From: Takakia lepidozioides
Taxonomy: Eukaryota; Plantae; Bryophyta
DNA length: 64,000 bases
Assembly (NCBI GenBank): GCA_030704615.1
Contig: CM060733.1
Span: forward strand, 74,958,001-75,022,000
Reading direction: 5' to 3'
Each line of letters starts with the position of its first letter. Within the stretch, counting starts at the first letter, position 1. This document shows positions 50,234-63,542 of this stretch, piece by piece. The translations under genes and the position numbers were made by a program. The notes beneath the pieces were generated by a model. It was not told the DNA's origin. It searched no databases and saw only the letters and a program-made list of their open reading frames with translations.

Positions 50234-50622
50234 TTAAGGTTTGGTGAGGGCTGTGGATGATAGTTGATTACATGGGCATTTGGTATTCCATAGAAATGCA
50301 TAGAAACTAATGGATGCATACTAATGGGATGACAATGACGATGATGAACAGAAGAAACCATCAAGATTGGAAACTCCCTTTGTCTGCTTGCAGGGGTCAG
50401 ATGAATGAAGGCTAACCGTCTAGAGAATGGGAGTCATCCATCGGGATATCATCCATCCGAGGGGGAAGAAGGCTGGGTTGTCTGCTCCGTTCTCGGGATG
50501 GCTGTCGCTGGAGCGAGGGCGCAGGCAGCAAAGCCTAACCATCACCATCGCCGTCTGCCGCATTCCCTCCAGCGCGTCAGCGATCAGGGTGCGCGAGGTG
50601 AAAGCACAGAGAACAGGGCGGA

Positions 50623-53600
50623 ATGAGGCGGGTGATGGTTCAGGGCCGTCTTCTCGCACGGCTGTCTTCTCGCTACACGCATGCGTCAGCGCCCCTGTGT
50701 GCTGCGGAGCCAGCGACCGACAGGGTATGCACATTGTTGGAAGTAATTTACTAATTTCTTTATTCACAGCTTGATTTCCGTGTTCTTGCCCCCATCTTGT
50801 TTGTGTCCTTCTTGAGTAGCTCAACAGATCTTGAGAATTGGTGAGGGCCGTAAAGCAAAGTAGCTGGTCAAGTAGATTGTAATTCCAATTTAAGCACGGA
50901 GGATTCCGGAACATCCTTGAGACACTGCAAATGGAGAAAATTTGGTCTCAGGAGATCGATGGTGGAGTTAGCCCTGGCTGGTGGTTAACTACGAAGTGGC
51001 TCTGGTCGGAGTGAATTAGAAGCTGTGGGCTAGTCTAAATCAAAGTGTGACCTGTAGTTTTTCTTGGTTTTTCTTCAGTTTCACCACATCTCTTTTAACT
51101 GCTGTCCATTTCATACTGTGGCCCAGTTTTCTTGATGTGCTGCAATTGGTGTTGGGAAGCGTCTAAAAGTATCCTTTCCTTTTTAAACATTACATTTTTT
51201 ATTTCCCTTCGCAGTAACTTTCTTCCTCTGGTCTCTTCTTCCCTTCCTTTTGATTTCAAGGTTGTTCTTTAGGTGAGCAGGTGGTTTTATGGAGATGCCA
51301 TGGTTGGTCATCTGTGATTTCAGATTCTTTGTTATGGTTGCATTGACAGCTTGTCGGCAAATTTTGGTTGCAGTGGCCAACCCCAGCAGCACCAGTTGAG
51401 GATGTGGAGACTATGGTGTTTCCCAGGTTTGACAACTGCTTACACACCTTGCCTGGGCGAATCAGGGAAACATTTATGAACACCGTGGAATCTCCATGGT
51501 GACCATTCCAAATGCAGACATTTTGGTCCTGTAACATGTGCTAAATGTGATTTGAGCCAAGATGGGGTTAAAAAAATGTTTGAAAGGGATTTTCCTCCCC
51601 TCAGATGTCATTGGCGATCCTCCTTTCCTTGCTGTGTTTCAAAGAGAGAAGAGATTTGGGGACAGATTGGAGAGAGAAATAGTTGGGTGGGTGGGTATCC
51701 TTCATAGAAACTGGTACAGTCTTCTGAAACGTTGTTGTTTATATTGTTGGACAGGGAGGGTCCAGGGGTGAGCTATGCATTAAACTGGGCCCTTAATATC
51801 AAGGGGGTTCCTCCTCAAGGGGAGGCCTATCGAAATTTGAAGGAAATACAACTGAAGAAGCATAATGCCACTCTCCCAGGTGACTGGCGGAGCCTGCAGT
51901 TCTAGAGTTCCTATGAAGATTGAAAGTTAGATATTTGCAAGGTAAACCTGCTGAGTGGAGGTTGTATTTTAACCTAACCCTAGCTTACTACAGTTTGGTA
52001 CCTGGGATCTGAAAGACATAAGATAGACAATCCTGTGAGGAGCTACCTTTAACATATGAAGTTGAAAATTCTCAATACGCCTGTGGGGTTGGCTAGCTTG
52101 TTGCTTACCCCAATCTCATGGAGATGTGAGAGGCCTTGCCATTGGCAATTGCTAGGTTTCTAGGGCATGGCGAGAAGGTTTGTCAAGCAATAGGCCGCTA
52201 GATCTTCTGGTTGGGAGATGCGTAGATTTGTTTGCTGGTTGTTTGATGCATGTGCAAGAATTGTGATGTGTACCTGTGTGTTTGCGAATGTAGAGCCGAC
52301 ATCCACTACCGTTGTCTATGCTCGGGGAGCCTTTTCTGCAGGAGCAGCAGACATTAGCAAGGCCCAGTTCAATCGCCTTTTTAAAGAGGTGAACATTGTC
52401 TTTTTTGTTTCAAATGCCACTTGATGCAGAAGTGCTTTTTCACTTCACTCAGAAGAGTTGAATCGCCCTATCATCTCCCTTATATGTTAGAGGGTTAATG
52501 GCATGTTTCTCAATGTTGCGCTTGCATTGCCTTGGACTCTCCCACATAGCTGTGAGTTCTTAGATGCATCTTACTACTTCACATATTTTACAGGTACGAC
52601 ATTTGTTTGTGTTTTGGTCTACTTGCTGTAGGAGAAGATCAAAAGACGTTTTTCCATACAATTATAATTGTACCTCTACTAAATTCCTACAGCCTGTTAT
52701 GGTTTGTCACTGGATTCTGATTGCTATGGTATTGCTCAATACCAACCAGTAGCTCATATTTCGTTGGATGCAATGAGATGTGGGTTTCTTGGGTACCACA
52801 TTCCATGCAAGTTGCTTTTCTAGTTGTTAAAGTTGTTTGACCCCAGGTTCATTGCATGACCATCAAATTGTATGTCCTGATGTCCCCACAATGACAGTGG
52901 AAGAGGAGCCTGCAAAGGAGCTGGTCGGCCTACTAGCAGCCTAGGAGGAAAAAGTCATTTTGATCTCTTCACAGGCTTGTGTGGTGTAAATTTGGAGTTT
53001 TTGTCAGCAGTACGGAGAGCTATTCGAACCGTTGGTGCTGGGACAGGTTAGGGCTTGGTAGTGGAATGATTCATGAAGGCCGCCTTTTCTAATGAGTTTG
53101 GTGGCCATGCAGGTGACCTCCTACTTGTCAGTGGTCAAGAAACTTTACGTACATGATGGTGCTATTGGGTCATCACCCCGTTCTGATGTTAAAGTGCGCA
53201 CCATCTCTGACAACCCATCAGCTGCTTTGATGTTGCGCAGTATTCTTGACCCAGCGCCCACACGAGTCGTGTCCAGCAATGCTTTTCCTCTTACGGTTTA
53301 TGTTGCTTCAAACTACAGGTGACCTATTTTTGTGGTTTCAAGGGCAGCAATCGGGCATTGTTTTATGTATACCTAAGTATCTGATTGATAAGTAAAGATA
53401 GCACTTGACTTCTTGCTCGGCCCCTGATTTCTGGAGATTATTTGGGTGATCATTTGGATGGATTAGTCAGTGGAAAGTCCTCTGTTTGTTTGAGAACCTC
53501 ATGGTTTGTCAAAGGTGGGTTTTCTGTTTTGCTATGCTGCATGAATAGTTTTCAGAGGCACAAAGCTGATGCCAGGTTGTTTTGTGCAAGACTGATGCTG

Positions 53601-55649
53601 TGGAAGCTTTGATGGTCTACTAAGCTCTTGCTATTGGCAACAAGTGTGCTACTTTCTGAAGGCTGACGCAACAATAATGTGCATGATGCGTGAATTGTGC
53701 CCACTGCAGTCCAGAGGAGTATGAAAAGCTGGGGCTCTCTTCTCAAGCCAAAGCAGGTTTTGTGGCGATCGACTATGAGCGCTCTGCCCTGATCCTAGGC
53801 GGCAATGCGTTTGCCGACTCTGAAACTGTGAAGAATGCACTAGCTGCCTTGGCATCACCCAGCATCGCTTCTCGTGATTCTCTCCCTCTGTGTGCCCGGT
53901 TAGTACATAGCTCGGTTGCCAGTAGTGAAGTTTGTGCTTTGCTAGCCAATTCCATAGTTGCCACCTTTTCCGCTGAGGCATTGCTGGCATTTGATATCAA
54001 AGTGAATGCAATGGTGGGGAGGGATCAGGCTGTTGGTGCAAGGAGGGGCCACAGTGTTGTTGTTTGCACCAGAATCAGTTGTCCAGAGCAACCCAGCTCT
54101 GCTGCAGGCAGCAGTGTCACCAGACCTTGGCCTCGTGTGGAGCAAAGATGGTGTAGCACGCCTATTTGCCAGCCGCCAGCCACGGGCCCCCAATCTCTAC
54201 AAGGCCCCCTCCTCCTTGGTTCTTGTGACTGCTGACAGGTCTGTATTTGCATTGCACCCTCAGAGCAAGGATACTTGGGAACAACACACCATACTTTTGT
54301 GGTGGGACTATAGTAGGAACCCTTGTAAATATCAGTTGTTGAGATTTCCATCTGGGTAGGGCTGGTGGGTTGCTTGGCCTAGGAGCTGCAGTTTTTCTTT
54401 TTCTTTTTCGTGGGACAGGTGACATAGAGATGACTAGTAAAGTTAGCCAGGCCTTCATTGAAGCCCCTGCTCAAGGACCAGTTAACATAGGGGTCTAATT
54501 GTGAGCCTTTCCATGGATGCAGTACTGGGGCAGTGCCAGAGATCTCCAAGGTGACACCTGAAAAGGCAGCTACACTATTTCTTGCTGGCTATAATGAAGA
54601 TTCATTCCACCCTGGTTACCAGACCGGTCCAGCTTCTGTTGATCCTGTGTCTCTTGCGCAGGGTCTGTCTTCAGTGGTGCGTTTGTGGTGGACCTCAGAG
54701 AGTCTTCAGGGTTTTATTACTTTTGCAAGTGTGATGGCGTTGCTTTAATGAGACGTATCCTCTGCAGTCTACCTCTTCTTGATTAGGTGGCAACGTGTTT
54801 ACTCCCATGGGATTGCCATTGTCTATCATCGTTCTTTGCAAGTTTACAGTGACTGTGTGGTGATTTACCACAAATGTGACGGATGGCTTTTGAGGGGTGC
54901 TGTTGAACTCACAGCACCAGTACTTCCTATATTCCTATGAGGCTCATTATTGTAGAGGAGGGAGGGGATGATTGTTTTTATTCTTCTGACAAAAGTAAAG
55001 GGAGATGAAAATGTTGGGCCATGATCTATTCACTCTCTGGGCATGAACAGTTGGAAAGTGCCAACATTCCAGCATTTTTGGTGAATGCCAGTCTTCTACC
55101 AGGTGAGTTGTTGTCCCCTCTAAGCAGGAGTTTTGAGGAACCATTGATATGAGATGGTACTCTGTTTACTTCATGGTTTCTTATGGCCATTTATTGTTGT
55201 TAGTCGAATGTTGTGCTGGTACTGCCAGAGCCTATGTATGATTCTTGGGGTTATGTCATTGGAGTTATGTCTGGTTGGTGATGCAGAAAGAGAGCTGGTG
55301 AAGTACATTGAATCAACGGTGACTGAGAAATTGCCCAAGAGTAAAGGAAAGAAGCCCTCCGAGTCTGCAGGTACAGCGAGGCCTTCATCTGTCTAGCCTG
55401 GTTCTTGAAACCCAAATAAGGCTCTTAAGGTAAACTACGCACTGCTGTTATGTCAGAGACCAAAGTGCTCCAGCACTTTGTGTGGTAGGTGTAGTTAGAA
55501 CAAGAGACATTATTGTGGAGGTTTGGTAAGAGTGGGATGCTGAGGACATAAAGCATTGCTGCATTTGTGCAGTGGATGCCCTTAAATTGAAGTACAGGGA
55601 TTTCATGGCAAGAACGTTTGTGGACCTACCTAAGGAGTTCAGTGTCTGA
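50623..55649 (+). CDS. Conserved plant PEP carboxykinase (ATP)-like protein, 11 exons, about 456 aa, probable organellar presequence
   Basis: Phase-consistent GT-AG exons: 50623-50724, 51350-51426, 51755-51879, 52294-52388, 53113-53318, 53710-53898, 54029-54238, 54523-54676, 55051-55102, 55287-55370, 55573-55649. Motifs FPREGPGVSYALNWAL, LYVHDGAIGSS, PEKAATLFLAGY. Exons 1-2 are less certain. Confidence 0.82.
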
Positions 55650-56574
55650 ACGGAGACTAGGGCAACCAAGAACATTTAGGCATGGGGCCGTCTGCAGATG
55701 ATTTTATCAGGAATGATTTTCCTGCTGTAAATTACTGAAGATTGGACCGTTCATATTTGTCAGCTGCGGACAGGCAATGCCATTTGTTGACAACTTGATA
55801 GTCAGGTGCCAGATGTGGTTCAGAAGGCAGACATGTCAAGTAATAAGACATGGCAAGGCATGGCAAGTAATAAGAGCGGTTATTCTTTGAATCATCTTGT
55901 TGATGAGGATAAGAACTGTTCTGGGTACTCAAATCTATTTGTATGGTGTTTCAATCTCTGGTCTATTTTCATATGATCAAGAACAGACTATTTGAGTCAT
56001 ATTGATGAGCTTTTCCAGCACACATTTGGTTCTGATCCCTTGCCTGCTTCCCTTCTTTCTACTTCTGTCTCAGGTTCCTTGGAAGTTTTCTGCTACTTGT
56101 GTTGAGAGTGTTTCTAGTACTACGCACATGAGGGTGCGGGCAGGGCTGATCAGCCAGCGGATCAGCCCTGTGGGACCCAGCGGATGTGGGGGTGGACATC
56201 TGCTGTGACCACACACATGGGCGGATGAAATCCCACGACTCATCCGCTGGGTGAACTCAGGGCAAAAATTCACCGTGGCAATTTGGTCGTCTCTCTCCTC
56301 CCGACGGCACACATGCCAGTACTCCTCTTAGTGGAAAGCTTTACATCAGGGAGCTTTAAACCAGGTCTGAATGAAAGTAGGAGGCGAGAGAATGAGAGAA
56401 ACTCTACACACAATGGTTGATTGACAACCCATGTGAATAAAATTGTTTGAATAGCAACCATGAATCTGTAGACCAAAATGTGAAACACAAACCAATTGGC
56501 GTGGAGTGCATATTTAGCTACAATGCCCTTGGAGCGGTGTTTGCTAACTTTTTTTCAGTTGCTTTGAATGATGT

Positions 56575-57110
56575 GAAACAAAAACACAGCTGGGAATGGA
56601 AGCTACCTTTCCAACAAGCTACCTCACACTCATACAGCATGCAATCAGAAGATTCTACATGCCAAAATGTGAAAGGTCACATTTTCAAGAAAAACAAGTT
56701 CTTCAAGCTGGACCTCGGTTTTCCAGCCATAACTTCTTGTGGTCCTATTCAATTGAGGTGAAACAAAATCTCAGAGCTGGGAAATCAAGCTAGCTTTGCA
56801 ACAAGCTATTACACACTCATACTGCATGGAGCCACAACATTCTACATGCCCAAATGTGAGAGCAGGTCACATTTTCAAGGAAAAACAAAGTACATCAACC
56901 TGGGCCTCGGTTTTCCAGCCATAACTTCTTGTGGTCAAATTAAATTTAGGTGAAACAAGAGTGAGCTATTATGTTGAGAGTGTGCTATTACATACTCATA
57001 CAGCATGAATCCGAAACATTCTACATGCCCAAATGTGAGAGAAGGCCATATTTTCAAGGAGAATCATAATACATCAAACTGGACATCGGTTTTCCAGCCA
57101 TAACTTCTTG
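56575..57110. repeat. Three tandem copies of an approximately 185-bp unit
   Basis: CACTCATACAGCATG..TTCTACATGCC..GGTTTTCCAGCCATAACTTCTTGT at about 56625, 56813 and 56991. Confidence 0.85.
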
Positions 57111-57418
57111 TCTTGTACAGATATAGCTGAGTTCGCGGATTCGAGATGGTCGCTTGCCAGCCGTTACAACCTGCTGCACTAGTCTTGCACTAGTAACCTT
57201 GCATCGTAGCTGGCTATGGCTATGTCTCCAACCATCAGGTTGACAACCAAGCATAACTTTCTGCAAAGTGGGGATGAGCTAGAGTCGATACAGATAGCTC
57301 CATCGCGGCCATAGCAGCTCATCATAGCTCCTTAGGTCAACTGTTGAGGCCATTGGCTGAGGCAGTATTGGGTTCGTCCTAGGCGGATGAAGACTTGTCC
57401 ATCGCACTTCGATCAGTG

Positions 57419-58026
57419 TGTCGTGCACCTAAGCATCATGCCACAACATACATCGCTGTCCACCACACATTCTAAGCATACAATTCTAGAAAGCTATGTC
57501 ACAATGATAAGAGATGAGAAATGAGAGAAGTGGAAGACAATGAAAACTCTCAAAGCATGAAGCAATCACACTAAGAACAAGCCATAGTCCTTTCAAGTGA
57601 AATCCACTCTATCACATAAACTAAGTCAAGCTAAGGGCACCCTTGCTAAGGGAATCCACCCTACAAAGCCCTCAACACACTCCCTCTCAATACCTAGAGC
57701 TATGGAGATGAGAGAGGCTCATGGAGGCTCAACTACAAGAAGATGAGCCCTCCTCAACACTCACAAGGGAAAACCCCTTTCCCGTGTCCCAAGTGAGGCT
57801 TGACACCTCACTTGGCATATGAGACCAAATGAAGTCCCAACACACAAAATACAAATATAAATATCCAAAATGTCCTAGTTAACTAAAAGTAGGTAATTCT
57901 AGTTAACCATGACTAAAACCATGACAGCTGTCGTGCACCTAAGCATCGTGCCACAACATACATCGCTGTCCACCACACATTCTAAGCATACAATTCTAGA
58001 AAACTATGCCACAATCGCCCCCCTAG
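57419..58026 (-). mobile_element. LTR-like unit with 85-bp TG..CA direct repeats and an upstream PPT-like tract
   Basis: Direct repeats at 57419-57503 and 57929-58013. AGGGGGGCGA on the minus strand lies just before 58013. Confidence 0.55.
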
Positions 58027-58273
58027 CTGGTGCTTAGGTCCCTCTAACACCGGATAGCCGACAAGTATCCATCTCAATAAGATCATCGCTTGGTCTTCAA
58101 TCACACAAGTCCCAGCATCTAAAATTGATAGATCAAGAGGCCGGTTGCAAAAGTAGCCCCATCATTAGTCGCCTTCCTGTAATCCATGATCTTCAATTGA
58201 GTATCCATGGCATTGAAGCCCCACTAGTTAGACCTTGGATCACTTGTCAACCTCACCATTGCCATGCCCACTA

Positions 58274-58381
<108 letters not shown>

Positions 58382-58391
58382 TCATCATAAT

Positions 58392-59960
58392 TTAAATAGA
58401 AAACGCAAAAATGTACACAGCCAATTTAAAGGCCATGAAGGAATTACCTCCCAATAAGATAAGACATATAAAATTGACAAATCGCTTAACTCCATGAGTT
58501 TTTGCTGGGTCTGTCCTGCTATCTGGCGTCCCTCCATTTTCCACCCATGCAGTACGAGCTGTTGCAAGGTCCTTGATTTGTGTTCCAGTCTGCATTTTTG
58601 GAGGAGTTCCATGCTCAGTAACGCCATTGAACATTCTTGACCTTCTATATGGATGATTGCGGGCCAAAAATCTTCGGTGGCCTAGGAAAACAATTTTTCC
58701 ACATATGTGTAACTGCTGTGAAGTCACCCCGGGTCCACAAGCTGGACAACCAGCATAACCTTTCGTCACTTGACCTGAGAGCAAGCCATATGCAGGGTAG
58801 TCATGGATTGACCACATCAACACTGCCCTCAGTGTGAATTCGCGTTGACCACGAGGACGGGAAACATCATGAGCTGCAATCCCTCTCCATAGTTCCAATA
58901 GCTCTTTCACTAGGGGCATCAGGTAAACATCTACGTTGTCCGAGGTAACAGACTCCTTACCAGGAATCAGTAGCGCTAACATGACAAAGAACTTTTTGGT
59001 CATTAACCACGGAGGCAGATTGTAATTGACCAAGAGAACGGGCCATGTGCTCCAACTTGTGGATTGAGCTCCGTAGGGATTTACACCGTCTAAGGCCAAT
59101 CCAAATCGCAGAGATCGTGGCTCTGCAGCAAAATCCGCAAATGTGGTGTCAATGTGTCTCCATGCTTTGCTATCAGCTGGATGTCGAACCAACCCATCCT
59201 GGCTCTTATGTCTGTCGTGCCATGTCATGAGGTTAGCGATCGATTTACATCGGTACATACGTTTCAACCTTGGAATGACAGGGAAGTGCCGCAATACTTT
59301 CTTGGGCACACTTCCACGACCTGGAATGTAACGGGAACTGCGGTACACTGGGCAAATGTCTACATTCTCATACTCCCCACGGAAGAGTACACAACCACGC
59401 TCACAGGCATGAATCGTCGTGTACTGCAATCCCATCTTGACAATCATGGTTTTTGCTTCATAGTGAGTTTTCGGCAATGAATTCTCTTTAGGCAAAAAAC
59501 TCTTACGCAACAATCCCAGAAGCTCATCCACAAATGCATTGGTGCACTTGTGGGTAGTGCATGCGTTCAGCAACGTCAAAGTTGCTTGCAGCCGGCTGAT
59601 GGAGCACCCTTCAAAAAGTGGACATTGCGACGCTCGGAAGAGTTTATCATACTCGGGATCAACGTGCAGGTGAGCATTCTCATCAAATTCATTGTCTCCG
59701 GAATCGTCGAGATCATCGTCATGATCGGCAAATGCGTGATCGGTTCCACCATGAATGGGGTCCTCTCTGTTTGCATCTGCAAAGAGAAACGCTTCCTGCA
59801 ATGCACGCTGTATTCCTACCTCCAATCCACCACTCTCATCTGCGTTCTCTGTGACATTGGGCTCCCGCTGTGCCGCAGGGCCTTCGTCTTCATCATCTAA
59901 ATATTCACATCCCTGCATCCCAATAGTCATCTTGTGAGTGGACCAACAACGATGTGACAC
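58392..59960 (-). pseudogene. CACTA/EnSpm TnpD-like transposase (Transposase_21), 3'-truncated
   Basis: IHACERGC, RHPADSKAWRHID, LALDGVNPYG, STWPVLLVNYNLPPWL, HDYPAYGLLSG. Confidence 0.9.
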
Positions 59961-60242
59961 TTGTTCATATTATGACATAGGAGGCACGGTGACGTTGCAG
60001 TGATGCAGTCATATTTACGTATGTATCTTATGAATATACACCCAATCAAAACACGACATTTGTAACCATTGAAGTCATAGTTGCAGTCACTTACTTAGTC
60101 ATATATGACTACATGACTACACATGACCAATGAAAACACGACATGTGCATTAATTAAAGTGATAACGGAAGTAGCGTAGTCATACTCACGTCTGTATCTT
60201 ATGACTTCTTGACTACAATCACCCAACGAAATGTCGACATGT

Positions 60243-62590
60243 ACGAGGGAGCGTTCGAATATTCTTGTCAGATCGCCATGAATCCTCTTCTCCGCCAGGT
60301 GCCTCGTCAAGTCTTCGTCTCACTGGATGGGTATAAACATCTCCTTCCAGATGTTGGCCTCTTCGCAGCAATGGCGTGTCCCGAAGGCCCTCTCGCAAGG
60401 CCGCCGCCCACTTCCGAGGATTCTTCAATCTAGAGGCAGTCCGCATTAGCATTTCCTGCCTGTCCGGCCCCAAGCCCCACTGTTTCCCTTTCAAGAACTC
60501 GTTGTACCTGCATTGCTGCATAATTGACCTCACAATGTCCTCCGTTGTGGCAGTGAGGATGTCCACCAGATGCGCTGCAGAGGAGGCACGCCAGAAAGAG
60601 TGCACTGATTCGGCCATGTTTGTTGTGGGCATGTCGGTGTCGGAGTCGAGACACATTTCCTGCACAAGCACATGTTCAGGTTACAAGCAAGTTACAAATA
60701 TGGCCAAGAATAATATTCAACGGGACGCGAATTCGTGCAACTCACCTCCCGCATATAGTCGCCGAACTGGAGGAAACGATAATGCCACCATGCTAGCCAA
60801 CTGACCATTGCTCCCTCGTCTGATTTCCTTACAGCACCTGACGATGTCCACCAAGCCCGTATGCATGCAAACTGTGTCTCTGCATCATCCAAGGTGGGAG
60901 CGCGCTTCCACGCAAGGCACATGGAACGGTGCTCCTCTCTGAAATCTGGCGCCCCAGCCTGGTTGTGTACTGCGAAAGGCTCTGCAGAAAATGGAACCCA
61001 CAAAATCTCTCCTTGCCTTCCATGGGAACATTGGGGTCTTGCCCGTACACCCTTCGGATGGCAGCCCAATTTGCTTGTGTGTTGTCCGCCATGAAACCAC
61101 GGAAATTGGGAGGGGGCAATCCCGCCTTGGCCATCTGTTCGTTTATTCCCTGCCAAAGAAGCATCTCCGATTGTGTGTCCTCTCCTTTCATCTCACAAAT
61201 AGCAATTGTCATTAGCATCCTGCAGTGGGTGTCGTAGACATGTGCACCCATTGTCACCCACTGGGGATTTGTAATTCGTTTGATATGGTCGAACATGATC
61301 CAACTGTTTGACAAGTTCCCACTCGTCATCCTGTCGACCAGTTCGACGCCGCTGCCAGGTCCACACATGGACATTTTGATACGAAACAACGATCTGCCTC
61401 AGTCCCTTGTCCTGGAAACCTACTTCCATGAATGTAGTCATATCCACATCGTCGCTTCACCTCCAGAATGGAGTGCATATCCGAGCCACGCCCAATTTTC
61501 TGTTTGCATGAGACAATGTGGTTTTGTACATTCGGTGAACATACGTGGGACACCGACTCCAGCAATGCCTCCATTTCCTTCTCGTCGAGAGGAACTCTAT
61601 CGGAGCCGTCTTCCGACATAATTCTGGCCAATGCCATCTTATAGGCGGCTTGGAGCTGTATCTGTTTGGGTTTGGCACCCGGTCTCAACTTAACCTCCTC
61701 ATGAACGAGCTGCTCTGCTTCGTGGGCAGCCTCCCGCGAGTTCCCCCTCGCCAATTTGTGACAATGGGAACCAACGTGTATGCAAGCTCGGGTGAGGTCA
61801 GGGAAACGGTGCAACACATAGAACTGCTTGGCATTACAAACAGACATGCAGTGTGGTGGTTCTTTGCAATGCGCACACTTAAATGTGGAGTTCGGAACCT
61901 TCTCCTGAGCTCGAAATGGTTGATGAGCTGTGCCTGTCCAATCGGTCTCGTTCCTGTGACCTCTGGATTTAAAGTGGAAGCAAGTTGGGGAGAAACACCG
62001 CAACGCGCCCGCACAAACAATGTAGCGCACCCGCACACCATCGAGCATCTTCATGCTGGTGGTTTTGGTAACGCACCAAGGATGGCCGTCATGTTTTCTA
62101 TCCATATCTGTCAACATTCCGGACGCCCTCGAGTAGTCCGCCCGAGGAGGGAACTCAAAGAAGATATTACCGTCGACGTCGGCGGGAAGGCATGTAACCA
62201 ATTTAATTGCAAACTTGCTGTAGTCCAGCCCAACCAGCTCCAACCGGTGTCCCTCCAGGTGAAGCCCTCGCAGAATTTCAAGAATAGATCGAACTGCGGT
62301 GCTCGTGCTGGGAATATGACTCCCTCCTCCACTGACGTCCATTGAGGACTTGCCTGATCTCCTGGACGACCTCGGAACTTCCATGACCTCGTCTGAGTCG
62401 GACAGGTTGTGAACAACCCGGTTCTCGCTCGTCTTCATGGATGGGCAACGAGCCAAGAGGTGCAAGTGGGAGGGGACTCACCCACTCCGAGTATGGGAGG
62501 ATGGACCCGGCAGATGTCCCCTCTGCACGGAAATGAAGCTCTATGCTTGTGAGGAGGGCAGTACACTGTAGCGCTCGGGTTTTCCGCCAT
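60243..62590 (-). pseudogene. Family-1 GCM-like/MULE transposase, internally deleted, frameshifted and lacking SWIM
   Basis: ORFs 61326-62465, 60829-61389 and 60219-60671 are nearly identical to ORFs 32741 and 35042. Confidence 0.88.
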
Positions 62591-63542
62591 GGGAGATGTG
62601 CACACAAGACTGCCAGGATGGCGTGCGGGGAAGCTCCCTGGTAGAAGGGGGATGCAGCGATGGGAATGAATGCGATGCCGATTTGTCCGAGCGACGAAGT
62701 CTGATCCAAATCCAGGGAGCCAACTATCTCAAAAATCCACAGTCAGAGTGTTAATGAACCTTGTCTCCGGAATGCGGCCCCTGGTCTTTGCGCAATAACT
62801 GCCAACGGTATGCAGTCAGAAAGTGGGGGGCCGTCCGGATGATGACGGTTGAAGGGGAGAAGCCGGCACCGTGCCGTCACATTACTACCCCCAAATGGAA
62901 ATTCGGCACCCAATATCCAACAGGGGAAGCCCGGATGAAGTTGCCTCGGGCGCAGAGGCCGGCGCGTGTGCGACAGAGAACATCCCCTGGATGAAGATTC
63001 GGCGCCGAATTTCCATCCGGGCCCCCCAAAAGGAAGTCGTGTCGGGGGGTCAGGCCGAAATTTGGCCGGCATAAAAACATCCCCAGATGGAAAAACGGCG
63101 CCGAATTTCCATCCGGGGCGGTTCGGATGCACTCGGGGAGGGGGGAGAGGCCGGCGCTTGGCCGTCGCATTTCAACCCCCGGACGGAAATTCGGCACCGA
63201 ATATCGAACAGGGCACGCCCGGATGAAGTCGCCTCGGGCGTAGAGGTTGGAACGTGTTCGACAGAGAGCATCCCCTGGATGGAGATTCAGCGCCGAATTT
63301 CCATCCGGGCCCTCCCAAAGGAAGTCGTGTCGGGGGGTCGGACCGAAAACTAGCCGACATAAAAACCTCCCCAGATGGGAAAACGGCGCCGAATTTCAAT
63401 CCGGGGCCGTTCCAATGCAGTCAGGGAGGGGGGAGAGGTCGGCACCTGGCCGTCATATTTCAAACCCCGGACGGAAATTCGGCACCGAATATCCAACAAA
63501 GCGGCGGAGAGGCCGGTGCCTCTCCGACAGAGACCATCCCCC

